63,981 nt of DNA, filler included, from Bigelowiella natans CCMP2755 (GCA_000320545.1; 5 parts of 5 records of this genome joined end to end with filler, not necessarily neighbours in it); one strand, 5' to 3'; positions 13,914 to 27,677 are shown, numbered from the whole stretch's first letter. The notes: generated by a model not told the origin, from the sequence alone. A program made the numbers and translations.

Positions 13914-15607
13914 CACACTGATGAGCAGCACAACATATTCTATTTCCTGCTTTTGTACGTCAACTACTAATTACGATACATAATGTAAATTAATTTGTGT
14001 TGATGTATGTGGTACTATTATCTTTGAAGCTGATATAACCCTCAAGAGCTCTGCTAGTCTATCTGCTGAAGTAACTTATTATTATTATTATTGCTATTAC
14101 GAAGTTGTCATCGTTGTTGTTGTTGTTGTTGTTGTTGTTGTTGCGCTATTTGACTAATAATCATGATAATAAATCATATATGAGGAGAAGGGGGAGGTAG
14201 GTGGAGGCGGAGAAATAAGAGAGGATAAACACAATATTAAACATGCTACTGCTCCTTCTTCCTGCTTTTGCTCCTTGTTTATCGTCACCCATCATCTACT
14301 TATCGTCTGGTATCTGCTGCATGCTCTCCTCTCCCTCCCCCCCCTCCTCCTTCCCAAAGAATCCTGTGGTGATTCATACCGGCTCAGCGTTGATATCATC
14401 CTTTGTAAGTAACATAGTAGAAGAAGGAGAAGAAGAGGATGATGATGATGATGATAATGAGGCAGTGATGCTGCATCATGTCAATTTTAAATAATACCCT
14501 ACTACTACTACTACTACTACTACTACAACAACAACAATAACAAGGATCCATGACAACGACATCATGATGATGTGTCAATAGTTAGTCCCTTTTAAGAATC
14601 ATCCCCAGCTATATAACACAACAACACGAACAATAATAGTACAGTGTTTCTTTGTTTTTATTCATAGAATGTAATACTTCTCATCTTGTATTATGTCCGG
14701 CCCCACCTCTGAACACATCCTGTTGGTTCTTCTTCTTTTTTCTGGTTTTTATTTTGAAAATTCTTTTGTTTCTTGTCCTCTTCTTGATATTGTATCATCA
14801 TCACCACAGGCTAGCCTATATGGACTATCAGACATTTATTTCTTCACAGAATCTTTCCAAATTACGGTGCTAGTAGTAGTAGTAGTAGTCATACATACAT
14901 ACTGCGTTGTTAGCTATCTGTATTATTCAATAATAATGCTCCTTATCCATTTCCTAAAGAGGCTAATATCTTGGTATATGTTGTCAATGATTAAGTAAGT
15001 TTGAAGAAGCAACAGCAGCAGCAAAACAATCTAGTGTGTTGTTGTACGTACTACTATAATGTACTTTCTGTGTTTCATGTTCTTTCTTCATATTTCTACA
15101 TCAAATGCTGCTGCTGCTGCTGCTGCTACCACTATGTCCTTCCTTGCTGTATACCTCCCCCACAATGAAATTTGTGCTACTACTACCCATTGTTGTCGGA
15201 TGAAGGCACGAGCACTCATACTGTTATTGCTGCTACAACAACAACAACAACAACTACTACTACTACTTTCGATAGGGAGGGCAAATTCAAAACCAAGGGA
15301 GGTGGACAAAGATATATGCTACAAATCTTATATCCCTTGATCTCAGCGCACAAATGGTATTATGATGATTATGATGATGATGATGATGCATCATCATCAT
15401 CATCATCACTACTATTACTACTACTACTACGACTACCACTACTACTGTGCTATTTCGATATTATTCACCACTACTCAATTTCCATAGTAGAAGTAGTAGT
15501 AGCAGTTGTAGTAGTAGCAGTTGTACCTGAGGGCAGCAGCAGCAGAGCCATTTATTGCTTTGGAATGAGCAAGCTATAAGATTGGTTCACATACAATATT
15601 CACTTCC

Positions 15608-15646
<39 letters not shown>

Positions 15647-15773
15647 ACCCTATTATTATCTCTCCAGCGTCTTCAACACGCATACATTCAAGCACCTCGG
15701 TTTGAATCAAGTGCCAAGTATGAAGGATAATGAAAGAAATAGAGAAAAAAGAAAGAAGAGAGTCATAATCATC

Positions 15774-15819
<46 letters not shown>

Positions 15820-15981
15820 CACCATAATACTCATATATCAGATATATTTCTTGTGGAAATGGAAATGCAGACTTTATTGCCAACGTACAGAACTTTCAGG
15901 TGGTTGCAGCAGCAGCAGCAGCAGCAGCACAATATTTATTGGGACTTACTGCTACTACTGCTACTACTACTACTACTACTG

Positions 15982-16013
<32 letters not shown>

Positions 16014-16083
16014 GCTACTACTGCTACTACTGCTACTACTACTGCTATTACTACTGCTACTACTACTGCTACTGCTACTACTG

Positions 16084-16114
<31 letters not shown>

Positions 16115-16423
16115 TTTTTCTGCCTACCTACCTACCTGCCGTTTCAGGATGATAATAATGATAATAATAATATTAACGATAATAGTAAAAATCAAAATGA
16201 CAACAAGGCATGAGCAGCAATAACTATAATTGCAGATGACAACAAGGCAACAAACGAGAATATATGTATAACAGCCTTTCTCCGATATGTTCTTCCTCTT
16301 TCTTTGCTTAGATGACATATAGGCACCTGTTTAACCATTATTATCATCAATACCCCCCCCCCTCCTTAGATACAAGAGAATGGTGCTGGATTGGTTGCTT
16401 CTCGAATAGAAGTAGTTGATGGA

Positions 16424-16458
<35 letters not shown>

Positions 16459-17280
16459 GTTGGTGGTGGTCAAGATATAGTAACTACATAATGGTATTAG
16501 TAGGTACTGAGTGGGGGGGGGTGCAGAGTCCTTATCATCATTAGTAAATAATAATACACTGTTACTACTACAGAGTTTTTATCATCAATAGAAAATTATA
16601 ATATACTGTTACTACTGCTGCTACTTTGAGGCTTTGTATCATCACTCTTGTCATCATTATCATAATCATCATCATCATCATTAATCAGATATATGCTATA
16701 ACAATTTCCATCCTTGGCAACTTGCAAGCAGCCTTCCGGTGAGTGAGTGAGTGAGTGAGTGAGTGAGTTAGTACTAGTTGGTGTTCATTAGCATTGAATA
16801 CGAGTAGTTGAGTGTGTCCTCCGTTTAACAAGTTGCGACTCGTTGCATTAGTACATTGATGGTAGCGTTGATAGCTTGCCCATGCAATGTACTCTTATTA
16901 TTCTGAAGTACAATTATTATTATTATCATTATTACTATTAGTAGTAGTAGTAGTAGTAGTAGTTGGTAGTGATCGGTAGTGTTAAGGAGGAAGATTGATG
17001 ATTTTTGTTTCTCAAAGAAGAAGAAGAAGAAGATAGATAGCAAAGCAAGTCGTTGTAGATTGTAATTTTTTTGATAGTGCACACATGCACACACGGTCTA
17101 GGGATTGATTGATTGATTGATTGATTGATATATTATCACAATTGATTGGTTGATGATTCATTTGTTTAATTTACTACTTCCTTTGCTGCACTCCTCTTTC
17201 TCTTTTTTATTCTTATTTGTTGTTGTTATTCTCCACAGATATTCCGGAAATAACTGCACTGGAAAGGTAGAGTAGAATGC

Positions 17281-17317
<37 letters not shown>

Positions 17318-17501
17318 CTAAGTGTGACGGTACTCCTACTTCCACACCCCGGCCTTTGTGTATTCTCTCTCTCTCTCTCTCTCTCTCTCTTCTTCTCTCT
17401 CTTCCATCTCTTCTTGTAGATAACAAATGGGCGTCTGGCAAAGCAGTCAATCTATGTAAAAGCTTCAGTGATGACAGTAGATGTTTCTGGGACACTACAG
17501 G

Positions 17502-17543
<42 letters not shown>

Positions 17544-17633
17544 CATCAGTAGTGCGTGGTGGTATTAAGCTGGGAAGGGGCTGCTACTAAAAATAAGGGG
17601 AAGGGAGCATGGAATGAGGGAGGGGGGGGGAGA

Positions 17634-17675
<42 letters not shown>

Positions 17676-18623
17676 ATGGATGGTGTTTTTCATATGCATG
17701 TTGGAGGGAGAGTGGTGGTGCGTTAAACTTAATTATAACTTATATCAATTCGTATCGATCCACTGTTGCGTTGCTGGAGTACTAAATGATAAGATGTCTA
17801 CGTGTCGTTATGATGATTCACTGCTGCAGTTAGTTAGTTGTTGGCCTTAATTATAACATATCATATTGTGATAATTCACTGCTGACATAACATACCAGCA
17901 TGCTCATTAATATTATTATTATTATTACTTTTAGGGAGGATGGATAAAAATAGATGTTGAACGCCTATTTGTTGATGGTACTAGTATAAATTTTGTACTA
18001 CTACTACTACTAGTAGAAATAGTAGTAGTAGTAGTGGTAATGCTGCTGTGCTGACACTATAATACTGCTGTCTCTTCAATTCCTTGACGTTTATGCACCT
18101 CCATTCCATAGAAATTGTAGTTTTTATGGTGGAAAACTCAATAATTATAGTGCTGCTGCTACTACTACTGACTGTGAACTACTGAGCCACCACTACTACT
18201 GCTACTACTACTATTGAATCAACAATGTGGACCCTCTCCTCCTCCTCCTCCTCCTCCTCCTCCTCCTCCTCCTCCTCCTCAGGATTGATAACAGCATCAC
18301 ACTTGGGTTGCTTACCTGGTAGTAGCATTATAGATATACATAATCTCTATTAATAATACTATTGTTTTATGCTGCTGCTATGAACCATTATAATCGTATT
18401 GATAGTAGAAGGAAAATCACTAATATCGGTCAAAATCATCATCCTCCTCCTCCTCCTCCTCATCATCATCATCATAGGAAAAGGAAAAGGTGCAGGAGCC
18501 TACAAGCCTATTGACGCTAGCGAAGGACAATCTTATCCAGGAGGGGGAGGGGGGCACGCGGTATAGTAGTAGCAGCAGTCTATCAATTTCACAAATATCT
18601 TATGGATTGAGAATAGATTGAAA

Positions 18624-18666
<43 letters not shown>

Positions 18667-19100
18667 TCAATGCGTTGTGGTAATATTATTGTTATTGTTC
18701 CTACAACGTGTGATAAATAATCAAATATCTGTATTAATATCTGTAGGGAAAAGGAGGTTCAGGAGACTATACACCTGAGGTCATAATAGATTGTGATAAT
18801 GATGATGATGATGATGATGATGATGAATGTACTACATACATACACTGAGCTGATGGATTATTATCATTATTATTCTCTCTCTATCTCCCAGGTTCCAGGA
18901 GGCATTTCCTACGGCATCAGCTATTTGCAACCTAGTGCTGGTAGTAATAACACAGTAGAAGAATGTGTGCATATGGAAGTACTAGTACAATTCTATTCCT
19001 CTTGCATCATATATGGTGACGATGGTGCTGCTGGCAATAAATAAATACAATTCTCAGGAAGTGGAGGTGGACAAGCCCCTGCATATACACCGACGTGAGC
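9097..19100 (+). CDS. Large secreted/surface Gly-rich protein with Ser/Pro/Thr stalk; many small exons, probably continues off contig
   Basis: Signal peptide (MSIFTTAATRVIACLLTSLVVS) and SPT repeats. Dispersed exons read GGGRSGSG..GGPAYG/NPLRGELGFGGSG, GRISADG, GGGAGGTV, IVSANGAAGYAGGGAG, GGGGLIVL, GGWIKIDVERLFVDG, GLITASHLGC, PGGGGGH, PGGISYG, GSGGG. The exon model is incomplete and could be two genes. Confidence 0.55.
13087..13310 (+). repeat. Intronic minisatellite: 5 x CTACATTTANCGATGACAAACA separated by variable (CTA)n
   Basis: Five near-identical cores are visible, with microsatellite tracts of different length between them. Confidence 0.85.
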
Positions 19101-19292
19101 CTGATTAACATATATTATAATACTATATACATGCATATTATATTGTACGTGTGTGGGAGAATAAGGGAATGTTTACGTGGTGTGACGTAATAAATGTTTG
19201 ATCATCGCCAGTAACTGTAGTGTGACTGCTGCTACTACTACTACTACTACTACTACTAGTAGTAGTAGTACGATTTATTCATTATGCTTGTA

Positions 19293-19328
<36 letters not shown>

Positions 19329-19760
19329 TAACATATCATCGTCTTTCACTATTTAGCATCATCATCATCATTATTATATCTAGTGTTTGATATCTGTGCT
19401 GTTGTTTTTCCTCTTGATCCTTCAACAACAATTGTATTACTCATTCTATTTGCGTTGTATGTATAATGTGCACTTTTCTTTTTATTAACCATCATTCTTC
19501 TTCAACGTGTTACTACTATTTACTACTATCCTCCTCATGAAGTACTACTACTACTACTACTGCTACTACTACGATGAAATCATCATCACCATCATTCGTC
19601 ATTCATCATGTTGTTGTTGTTGTTGTTGCTGTCAGAACCACGGATTTAGGATCCGGTGGGGGGGTAGTATACATTAAAGCAAGTGTCGCAATAACAGTTT
19701 CAGGTGGTTGTTGTTGTCCTTGTAGTTATTGATTATGATGTTTTGAATAATAGCATGGAG

Positions 19761-19797
<37 letters not shown>

Positions 19798-19838
19798 CAC
19801 AAACTTTTGCTCCTTCACTGGAAATCGTCATCGTCTAC

Positions 19839-19872
<34 letters not shown>

Positions 19873-19972
19873 NNNNNNNNNNNNNNNNNNNNNNNNNNNN
19901 NNNNNNNNNNNNNNNNTTAATTAATTAANNNNNNNNNNNNNNNNNNNNNNNNNNNNNNNNNNNNNNNNNNNN
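19873..19972. other. Artificial contig linker
   Basis: N-TTAATTAATTAA-N, 100 nt. Confidence 0.98.
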
Positions 19973-20064
19973 TCTGTCGCTCGGAGCGCGTAGAACCCAA
20001 TCATCGATAGCACGCAGAGAGGGTCCTCCTAAGGCGACGCAGAAGCAAAAGCCGTCAAACACAA

Positions 20065-20097
<33 letters not shown>

Positions 20098-20111
20098 CTA
20101 CCGAACATACA

Positions 20112-20152
<41 letters not shown>

Positions 20153-20552
20153 CAAATTTGAAACCCCATCCCCTCTGCAGTGCTGCGACCAAAAGGCACT
20201 GGTGATGGCAAAGCTAGCCGTCTCGTGGGGAGGGGGGGAGAAAAGCCTCGAGTGAACGCATTCAAATCGTCCAGAACCCCCAAATATCAATGCTGGTGTG
20301 TTTGGGAATAGAAGAAGTAGTAGTAGCTATAGTAGTTGTAGTAGTAATAGTAGTACCTCTGCCGTCAGCGATAAGGCGTATTTGCAGACCTCCAGCGCCG
20401 CGCGCACACACCCTCGACGTGCTACGCATTGCATATGCCTAAGGGGTGATTTCCAATGGAAAGAGGAGGAGGAATGGTGCGGCAGTTGCGTGAGAAAGAA
20501 GATGGAGATTTTGAGACTTGAAGATTTCGATGAAGCTTGCCCTCCACTCCTT

Positions 20553-20592
<40 letters not shown>

Positions 20593-21187
20593 CATATATC
20601 ATATATGCACACACAAACACACAAACACACACACCCTCCTACACACACACGCGCACACCTTCGGAGGGCCTTGAGGAATTCTCTGTCCTCAGCTCTAAGA
20701 TCATTTAGAGAAAACGGCCGAATATTCAGTCTTGGCGTCGTCGATGACAACAATAATAACAACAACAACAACAACTGCTACTAACACTACTACTGCTACT
20801 GCTACTTCTACTATTATCACCGTTGATTCAGCAAACGGACGGCACCGGTGCGTCCAATGGGGTCATATTTGGGGTGATAGCCTTTCTCGTAGAAGAACAC
20901 CTGGCGATACGACGAGGACGATGACAATAATAATGGCGGGGGAAAGAGAGACGGCGCATCTCCTTCTTTTTCTTCTTCTTCTTCTTCTTCTTCTTCTTCT
21001 TCTTCTTCTTCTTCTTCACGTTCATCCTCTTGCCTCCTGCCTCCCACCAAATGATAAATAACACATCATCGTCGTCGTCGTGCGTTGGCGTGGTAGTAGG
21101 CAAGTGTCTGATGTTCCTACCGCTCTCTCGATGAGCTCAGCTGCGAGCTTAAATTCGCCTATGAAATACACACGCATAAATATATGC

Positions 21188-21228
<41 letters not shown>

Positions 21229-21526
21229 GTGTGTGTGTGTGACCTCTATGTAAGTGAATCTCAGCCATTTGAAGATTTCCTAGGAGAAACCCGGCAGAGG
21301 GAAACAGCCCAGCAGGAAAGCACCGAGGAAGAAGAAGGGAAGGGGGGGGGGAGGGGGAGGGGTGAGGGAATCAGTGTGAGAATTGCATCAAGACTACATC
21401 GACTGCTACATTCTCCAAATTTAGTAAGAGAAAGAGCAATTTTTCTCCAATCTGATGAGAGATGGTTATGTGTAACACGTATTGACCTTTCTTCTTCTTC
21501 TTCTTCTTCTTCTTCTTCTTCTCCAA

Positions 21527-21615
<89 letters not shown>

Positions 21616-21977
21616 GTCATTGGTCATCTCGCGAGATGGTGCTGTCGGCAGCTGCTACTACCTCCTGCATGGAAAGGGTTATGATGGTGAAACACCGCCA
21701 TTGCCTACGATGATTGATGACGATAATGATGTTGTTGTTGTTGTTGATGATGATGATGATAATTATCATCACGAACATGGACATAAAAAGAGCCATCTAA
21801 AACAGTCATTACAAATGGTGATGTGAAGATCAGACAGGTGCTGCATCATCCACCACGTTCTTTCCTCTAGAGAGAAAGATGCCATGGAGGAGGTATTGGA
21901 AAGAATGATGATGATGCCGAAGGAGATAATCATATACATATATGTGCATAATTAAATTATTTAAATTGATACATATA

Positions 21978-22022
<45 letters not shown>

Positions 22023-22387
22023 TAATATATATACCCTTGGATCTAACGTATTCTTGCACGCCTTCACATGATACGACAACAAAACATAGAAGTGCATAGG
22101 AGCGGAAGTCAGGTCAAACCCGTTGTCAAATCATCACTAGAGGATTCTGTTTATGTGTGTTTGTGTGTGTGCGCGCGTGAAAATAGATAGAGAGGGGGGG
22201 GGGGCGGGGGGGAAGGAGGGGTTTGATTCTCTCATTTATCTGCCTCCCATAATCATCGATGTACGTGGATGAAAGAGAGGAAGAATAGATACCACACCAC
22301 CTGAAACTCTCTCTCAGTAGAGGCGTATTGTAAATCGTAGCAGAAGGTGAAGTAGCTGGGTATATAAACACACGCATATTATGTTAA

Positions 22388-22441
<54 letters not shown>

Positions 22442-22534
22442 AAATGTGAAATTATATTATTTTTAGATAAGTATAATCAATGCTATATGATGACGCCGCA
22501 TACATGGCAACATCATCACCAACAAAGTTTTTTT

Positions 22535-22568
<34 letters not shown>

Positions 22569-23098
22569 ATACAAACTTGAAAAAGCGCAACGAAAAACTG
22601 GGGAATCGTGTCAGGATCGCAGTAAATTTGAGGACCCCAAAAAAAAAGGGAAAAAAATAAAGGATAAGCGCCGATGATTCCTTGCTCGTGCGCCTGATGA
22701 CAGCGGGCTCGCGGAGGAGGAGTCCTCGGCGTGTCCATCGTCATCATCAAGGACTTCCTCCGGCCTCATCTTCACAATCAGCACATCCGCAAAAAGTTCT
22801 TTCGAGGAGTCGGATAGAATGAGTCTTTCTACCTCTTGCCTTGAGACGTGTGCTTCAAAACCATGTTTACCGCCCCTCCGCCTCCCCCCCTCGCAAATGC
22901 CGCTGCTTTCCATTCATCTTGATACCTACTGGCGATTGTCCTCTTCTTGGCCAGCCCCCCCCCCCCCTTCTTCGCGCCCCTTCTTTGATAACCTCGTTGC
23001 GGCTGCTTCTTCCTCGCGTTGGCAGACCCTCCTTTCACAGCCTTCTTTCCGAACATGCGTGTTAGTTCGCCTGAGGACAGAGAAAGTGTCGACACATC

Positions 23099-23142
<44 letters not shown>

Positions 23143-24335
23143 AACACAAACACGCACGCGAGCGCGCGTGCATATACATCAACGCTCGATCGCAATCAAG
23201 GCGCTTTCGCAGCATCAGAATCAATCATTATTTTCCGAATCAGCGTCATTCCGTCCCTACCCCTCCAGTCAAACTGCTGCAGCTGGAGCGAGAGAATCGA
23301 AGGGCTATCGCTTGAGGACATTTCCAGATCTGAGCCGTCACGGCCAACGTTGCCATGGTTCGCCTTCTTCTTCTTCTTACTCTTCTTTTTACCGCCCCCC
23401 CCCATAATCTCGGCCAGAATTGCATCGATGTCCTACATCGTGAGTAATTCATTCAGGAAGCAATGGTGCGAACGTAGAGGGAGGAGAGAGAGGGGGCGGG
23501 GGAGAGCTATAAATAGGCAGGTAGAGGCGTTGCAAATAGGCTATTCTGGAGAGAAGAGGGGAGGAGGTGACGACCGAGAGACAAGGCAAAGGGTTGGGGA
23601 GAGAGGAAAAGAGAGAGATATCATATGTGTGCGCAGTAGCAGAGATCAAGTCTGCGTAGCAACACTCAGAAAGCTGTTCAGAGGGGACCTCCTCCTCCAC
23701 ATTGTTGGCGGTAGTTTCCTGGAGTTTGGCCTCCTTTTTCTTCTTTTTCTTCTTCTTCTTCTTCTTGCTCTTTGTGACTGGAACGGCGTAGGTTGACTCT
23801 CCCTCCTCTCCCTCTACCCCCCCCCCCTCCTTTTCTTCTCCATCGTTATCGTCTTGCGCGACGGCGGGGTTGACTGGAAATGCGAAGGCGTTGCTGGCGA
23901 GGGCTGAGGGAGTGCATTTAAGTTGGTGCGAAGGAGCCATTTCAACGGTTGGTTATGATGACTAGAATTCAGACAGCGATAACGACGACGACGACATAAC
24001 CACGGATTCAATCTACTCTGCGTGCTCTTTCGAGCTGCCAGTGCTGTATATATGCGACCTCCTCACGTCACATCTATCGTTAATGATATTTACCTCCAAA
24101 GCCATTATCCTGATTTTGTTCGGACATATCCATCTCCTCTTCCTCCTAGTTGCAGCATGTTGTGGGGAAACAGTCCATTCGAGGAGGAAGAGGAGGAGGA
24201 GGAGGAGGAGGGGATGCGTATGGTTCGTACGTGAGAGGGGGGGAGAATGCTCGAAAGAAGCACACAACAACCAACCACACGCACTCACTTACCCTGTCAG
24301 CTGCAGCCGCTTGCTCCAGCAACTTCTTTTCCATC
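19973..24335 (-). CDS. Hypothetical multi-exon protein (3' end off contig)
   Basis: Complex, exon-like segments between microsatellite introns (e.g. YRQVFFYEKGYHPKYDPIGRTGAVRLL, IYCDPDTIPQFFVALFQ, HVSRQEVERLILSDSSKELFADVLIVKM). No family recognised. Confidence 0.45.
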
Positions 24336-24802
24336 AAACCCTATTGAATTGTGAAAGGGTGTAAAGGGTAGTCAATCCCGGTCGCGCCTCTCCAAGGAAC
24401 GTTCCCAAAAAAGCGCCTGCGACAGCAGCCATTGCTACCTTCCTTAGCTTTCTCAACGCTGACATGATGTTTCGCGTGGGAAGTCCTTCGTTTCCTCCTT
24501 GGTGTTTTCCTTATCTTTTGCGTCTCGCGTCTATCCACGTTGCGAGGGGGGCGGGGGTGGGCGCTCGCTCGCACGTGGCCTTTGCTTCGGTTCGCTCTGC
24601 TGTTTCGAGTGGATCGAGGAGCACACTTTCGCGGTGAGAATCTTGGAAAATGCAGGACATTTTTGGTGAAAACTGGTATGATTTCATGTCGCATATCAAA
24701 AACACCTGACATTCTCTCTCGGCCGAGAATTTTCGGGTCGGCCGGTGTTGGAGCTATTCCCTCCTCCCCCCCCTCCTCCCCCCTCCGAGCGGGCGCTGGT
24801 CG

Positions 24803-24949
24803 ATGGAAGAAAGGGGGGGAGGCGGATCGGAGCCGTGTTCAAAGAGGAGGGTAGCAGGTGGGGTTTGCATCGTCTGCCTGGCCTTCTTGAACGTGCTGTT
24901 CAGACCGGAATTGCGCGTCACCAAGCCCCTGCCCCCCCTCAAATCCTCG

Positions 24950-24984
<35 letters not shown>

Positions 24985-25563
24985 CAGGCTCCTGCATCAC
25001 TGGGCGGACAGCCACGGCGTTGTGCGACATGTGAATATCGCGCCTGTGCCCTCTGCTGGAGGAGGGCGTGGTCTCATCGCTACGCGTCAGTTGAAACCGG
25101 GTGAGGTAGCCTTGCGCGTACCATTGAGCAGCACCATCAACGTCCTCTACGAAGAAGACGGCAAGGCGAAGGAGGGAAAGGAGAACGAGGACGCTTGGGC
25201 AGGAATACTAGCCGCGCAGCTCTGCGACATCGAGAGAGAAGCTTGCTCCTCCTCCCCCTCTTCTTCTTCTTCTTCTTCTTCTACGTCCCCGTTTGCCCCG
25301 TATGTGCTGCACGGTCTACCAAAATCGCCGCCGTGCGGGTATAATTGCGAGCATATCTTCCGCCGACTTTTCCCTCAAAGGGGAGTGGGTATAGGGACAG
25401 GGTAGACGAGGGAGATAGGAGAATAGCAACCTTTCATCACGTAAGGCTTCGTCTCTGATTTACTCATATATAGATTGTGCCGTTGGGCTTCAAGCGAACG
25501 ACGTCTCCTGCAAAATTCGACTCTGGTGAGTGCCGTGCAGGTCAACGCGGAGTGGAGGAGGGG
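24803..25563 (+). pseudogene. SET-domain lysine methyltransferase (Rubisco-LSMT/SETD3-like), N-terminal half; interrupted
   Basis: Exon 1 (24803-25338) has W..SHGV, GRGLIATRQLKPGEVALRVP and SPFAPYVLHGLP. After a GT-AG intron (25339-25473), exon 2 reads GLCRWASSERRLLQNSTLVSAVQVNAEWRR and then hits TAG at 25568-25570 in unrelated DNA. Confidence 0.85.
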
Positions 25564-25838
25564 ACATTAGGGGAGGGGGGTAATTCTTGAGGAGTGGGGG
25601 GGGGGGGCTATTGGCTTGTTAAGTTTCCTCGCTTCTTTCTCAATGTAGTCACGTTCCTATTGTTGAAACTTTCCCTCTTGTTGTCCTTTGTTCCTGCCTC
25701 CTTCCCTTAGATTCCTCCTACACCTGGAATTATATATTTGTTTATTATATAACTGTTCAATTTTTTTTTTGGTTTAATCGATATGAAATAGCACGGCCTC
25801 ACTTGCTTTTACCCTTCTCCTCCCTGTCCATTTCTCCT
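25564..25838 (+). repeat. Direct repeat copy 1 (~270 bp), paralogous to intron-like sequence at 30936-31181
   Basis: Shared blocks such as TTGGCTTGTTAAGTTTCCTC, CTCTTGTTGTCCTTTGTTCCT and GGTTTAATCGATATGAAATAGCACGGCCTCACTTGCTTTTACCCTTC. Confidence 0.9.
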
Positions 25839-25924
25839 TCGAACCCCAAAGAGGACAAACTCGTTTACTCAACAACATCTGGCATTTCTTGAAAAGAATA
25901 CTAATTCATAATTCCTAAGTAACA

Positions 25925-27241
25925 ATGAAGATGATCTACGGGCTGCTGATGGTAGTCGCGACGACTTCGGCAATCAGGTCTCCGGTGTCGAAGAAGGTGA
26001 CAATCGCTTTAGGCAACACATTCCAGAAAGTGCCTAAAGCCAAGCTAAAAAAAGCACGCAACGGTAAAGCCAAGCAATGGGATTACACGTTGTATGTGAA
26101 GCAGCTCAACGGCGAAGCTGGTGCAATCAGCAAAGTCATGTTCTATCCGGACATAATTGAAAACACCTACAAGCCTGCTTCATACCTAGGGGAGAAGACC
26201 AACAACGGCAAGATGTTTTCCACGAGGCATGATTGCTGGGGACGGTCGCTAGCCAGTGCGCATGTCACCTTGAAAGATGGCTCAGTCCACAAACTCAAGA
26301 AGGCGATTCGCATGCGTGAGAAGAATGATCTTGTTTTCAATTTGGAGTACACAGAGTCTAAGAAGAAGAAGAAGCCTGCCAAAAAGTCTGTCAAGAAGCT
26401 ACATCGCCTCATGTCAAATCGAAAATTTGGCGTTGAAGTCGAATTTGTATCAAAGTTAGCACAAAAAAGGGTCCTTTGCGATGCAGTAGAAAGAGCGACC
26501 TCCACGCCTTGCTTGGATCGCGGCTACGACAAAAAGACGACGAAGGCATGGAAAATTGTGCCGGATGAATCGATCTCGGCAGGCTTTGAGATTGCAAGCC
26601 CCATTCTGAGTGGGGAAAAGGGCCTCAGGGAACTTGGCGATGCCATGGATGCCATGGAAAGCTGCGACGGCGTCTTTGTGTCGGATGCATGTGGCTTGCA
26701 CGTGCACATTGACATGACTGGCGTCGAGTTTAAAATGCTCAAGCGCATCTGCCAAAACTGGACAAAGTACGAGACAGGAATGGACTCAATGCTGGAGAAG
26801 CAACGCAGCAACGAAGCGGAGAATGAATACTGCCTAAGTGTTCGCGAGAACATGAAATTCAGAGAGCTCTGGAATGATGACGCAGTTCGTCTCATCGGCG
26901 AGGCCAAAAACGTAAACGCACTTGCGAAAATGATGAACGCCCACCCTGAGAACAGACAGAGACACTTCAAGCTAAACCTGCAGAACTGTGCATCGAAAAA
27001 AAGAAATGCCCTCGAGTTTCGTGCTCATGAGGGCACGGTTGATGCGAAGGCAGCAAAAAACTGGGTGCGTTTTCTGGTTGCATTCGTGCAAATGTCGATC
27101 CAAAGCCCGACGCCGAAACCCTTTTCCGACAATGCCAACAAGAAAGACGTGTTCAATCACCTTTTGACGCACTTCATTCCGGAACACAACCCACCACTGC
27201 TCGACCATCACACTGACTTTTGCAACAATTGTTGGTGCTGA
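25925..27241 (+). CDS. YEATS-like domain + putative amidoligase (COOH-NH2 ligase, Amidoligase_2-like) fusion, intronless, 438 aa
   Basis: Amidoligase motifs RKFGVEVEF, WKIVPDESI, GFEIASPIL.GEKGL, CGLHVHID, RHFKLNL, LEFRAHEGT, NWVRF. The N-terminal IALGNT..WDYTLYV..ISKVMF..FSTRHDCWG..VTLKDG pattern resembles YEATS. Hydrophobic N-terminus. Confidence 0.82.
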   Translation: MKMIYGLLMVVATTSAIRSPVSKKVTIALGNTFQKVPKAKLKKARNGKAKQWDYTLYVKQLNGEAGAISKVMFYPDIIENTYKPASYLGEKTNNGKMFSTRHDCWGRSLASAHVTLKDGSVHKLKKAIRMREKNDLVFNLEYTESKKKKKPAKKSVKKLHRLMSNRKFGVEVEFVSKLAQKRVLCDAVERATSTPCLDRGYDKKTTKAWKIVPDESISAGFEIASPILSGEKGLRELGDAMDAMESCDGVFVSDACGLHVHIDMTGVEFKMLKRICQNWTKYETGMDSMLEKQRSNEAENEYCLSVRENMKFRELWNDDAVRLIGEAKNVNALAKMMNAHPENRQRHFKLNLQNCASKKRNALEFRAHEGTVDAKAAKNWVRFLVAFVQMSIQSPTPKPFSDNANKKDVFNHLLTHFIPEHNPPLLDHHTDFCNNCWC

Positions 27242-27677
27242 CACACAGCCGGAACTAGAAAATTGGAATGTTTCAAAAAACAACTTGCAAGCATGATCGA
27301 TCATGGAGATTCTGCATCCATTTAGCACTGCCACGTGTGCAGTGCCAGAGTGGTCATGAGTGCTGTTTTTGCCGTCAGAGAAGCACACGATCCATTGTCA
27401 TCATGACGCATTGCAACATTTGTCTCTCATTTGCGCACACGCGCTTTGGTGTGACTGCCAGTGCCATGACTGCCAAAACGCATCGATCTGTGTGTGGCCC
27501 CATGAGGCCACAGAGCGCACTGGGTTTGAAACACACACGTTCCCTGGCTTCCACTTGCTGCCTGCAGTCACCACTGCCACTCATTGCGACCAAAAACTTT
27601 GCCTTCAGATGCACACATGTGCACACGTGCATGCACATGCACACGTGTGATGCAGTGAGACGGATGTGATGAATTGA

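Noticed and set aside
15851-16223. Poly-Tyr/Leu/Thr ORFs and the many poly-HT/VC/YI/ER ORFs in the track
   Set aside because: Translations of intronic microsatellites. The recurring ~30-nt tract lengths also suggest short-read collapse.
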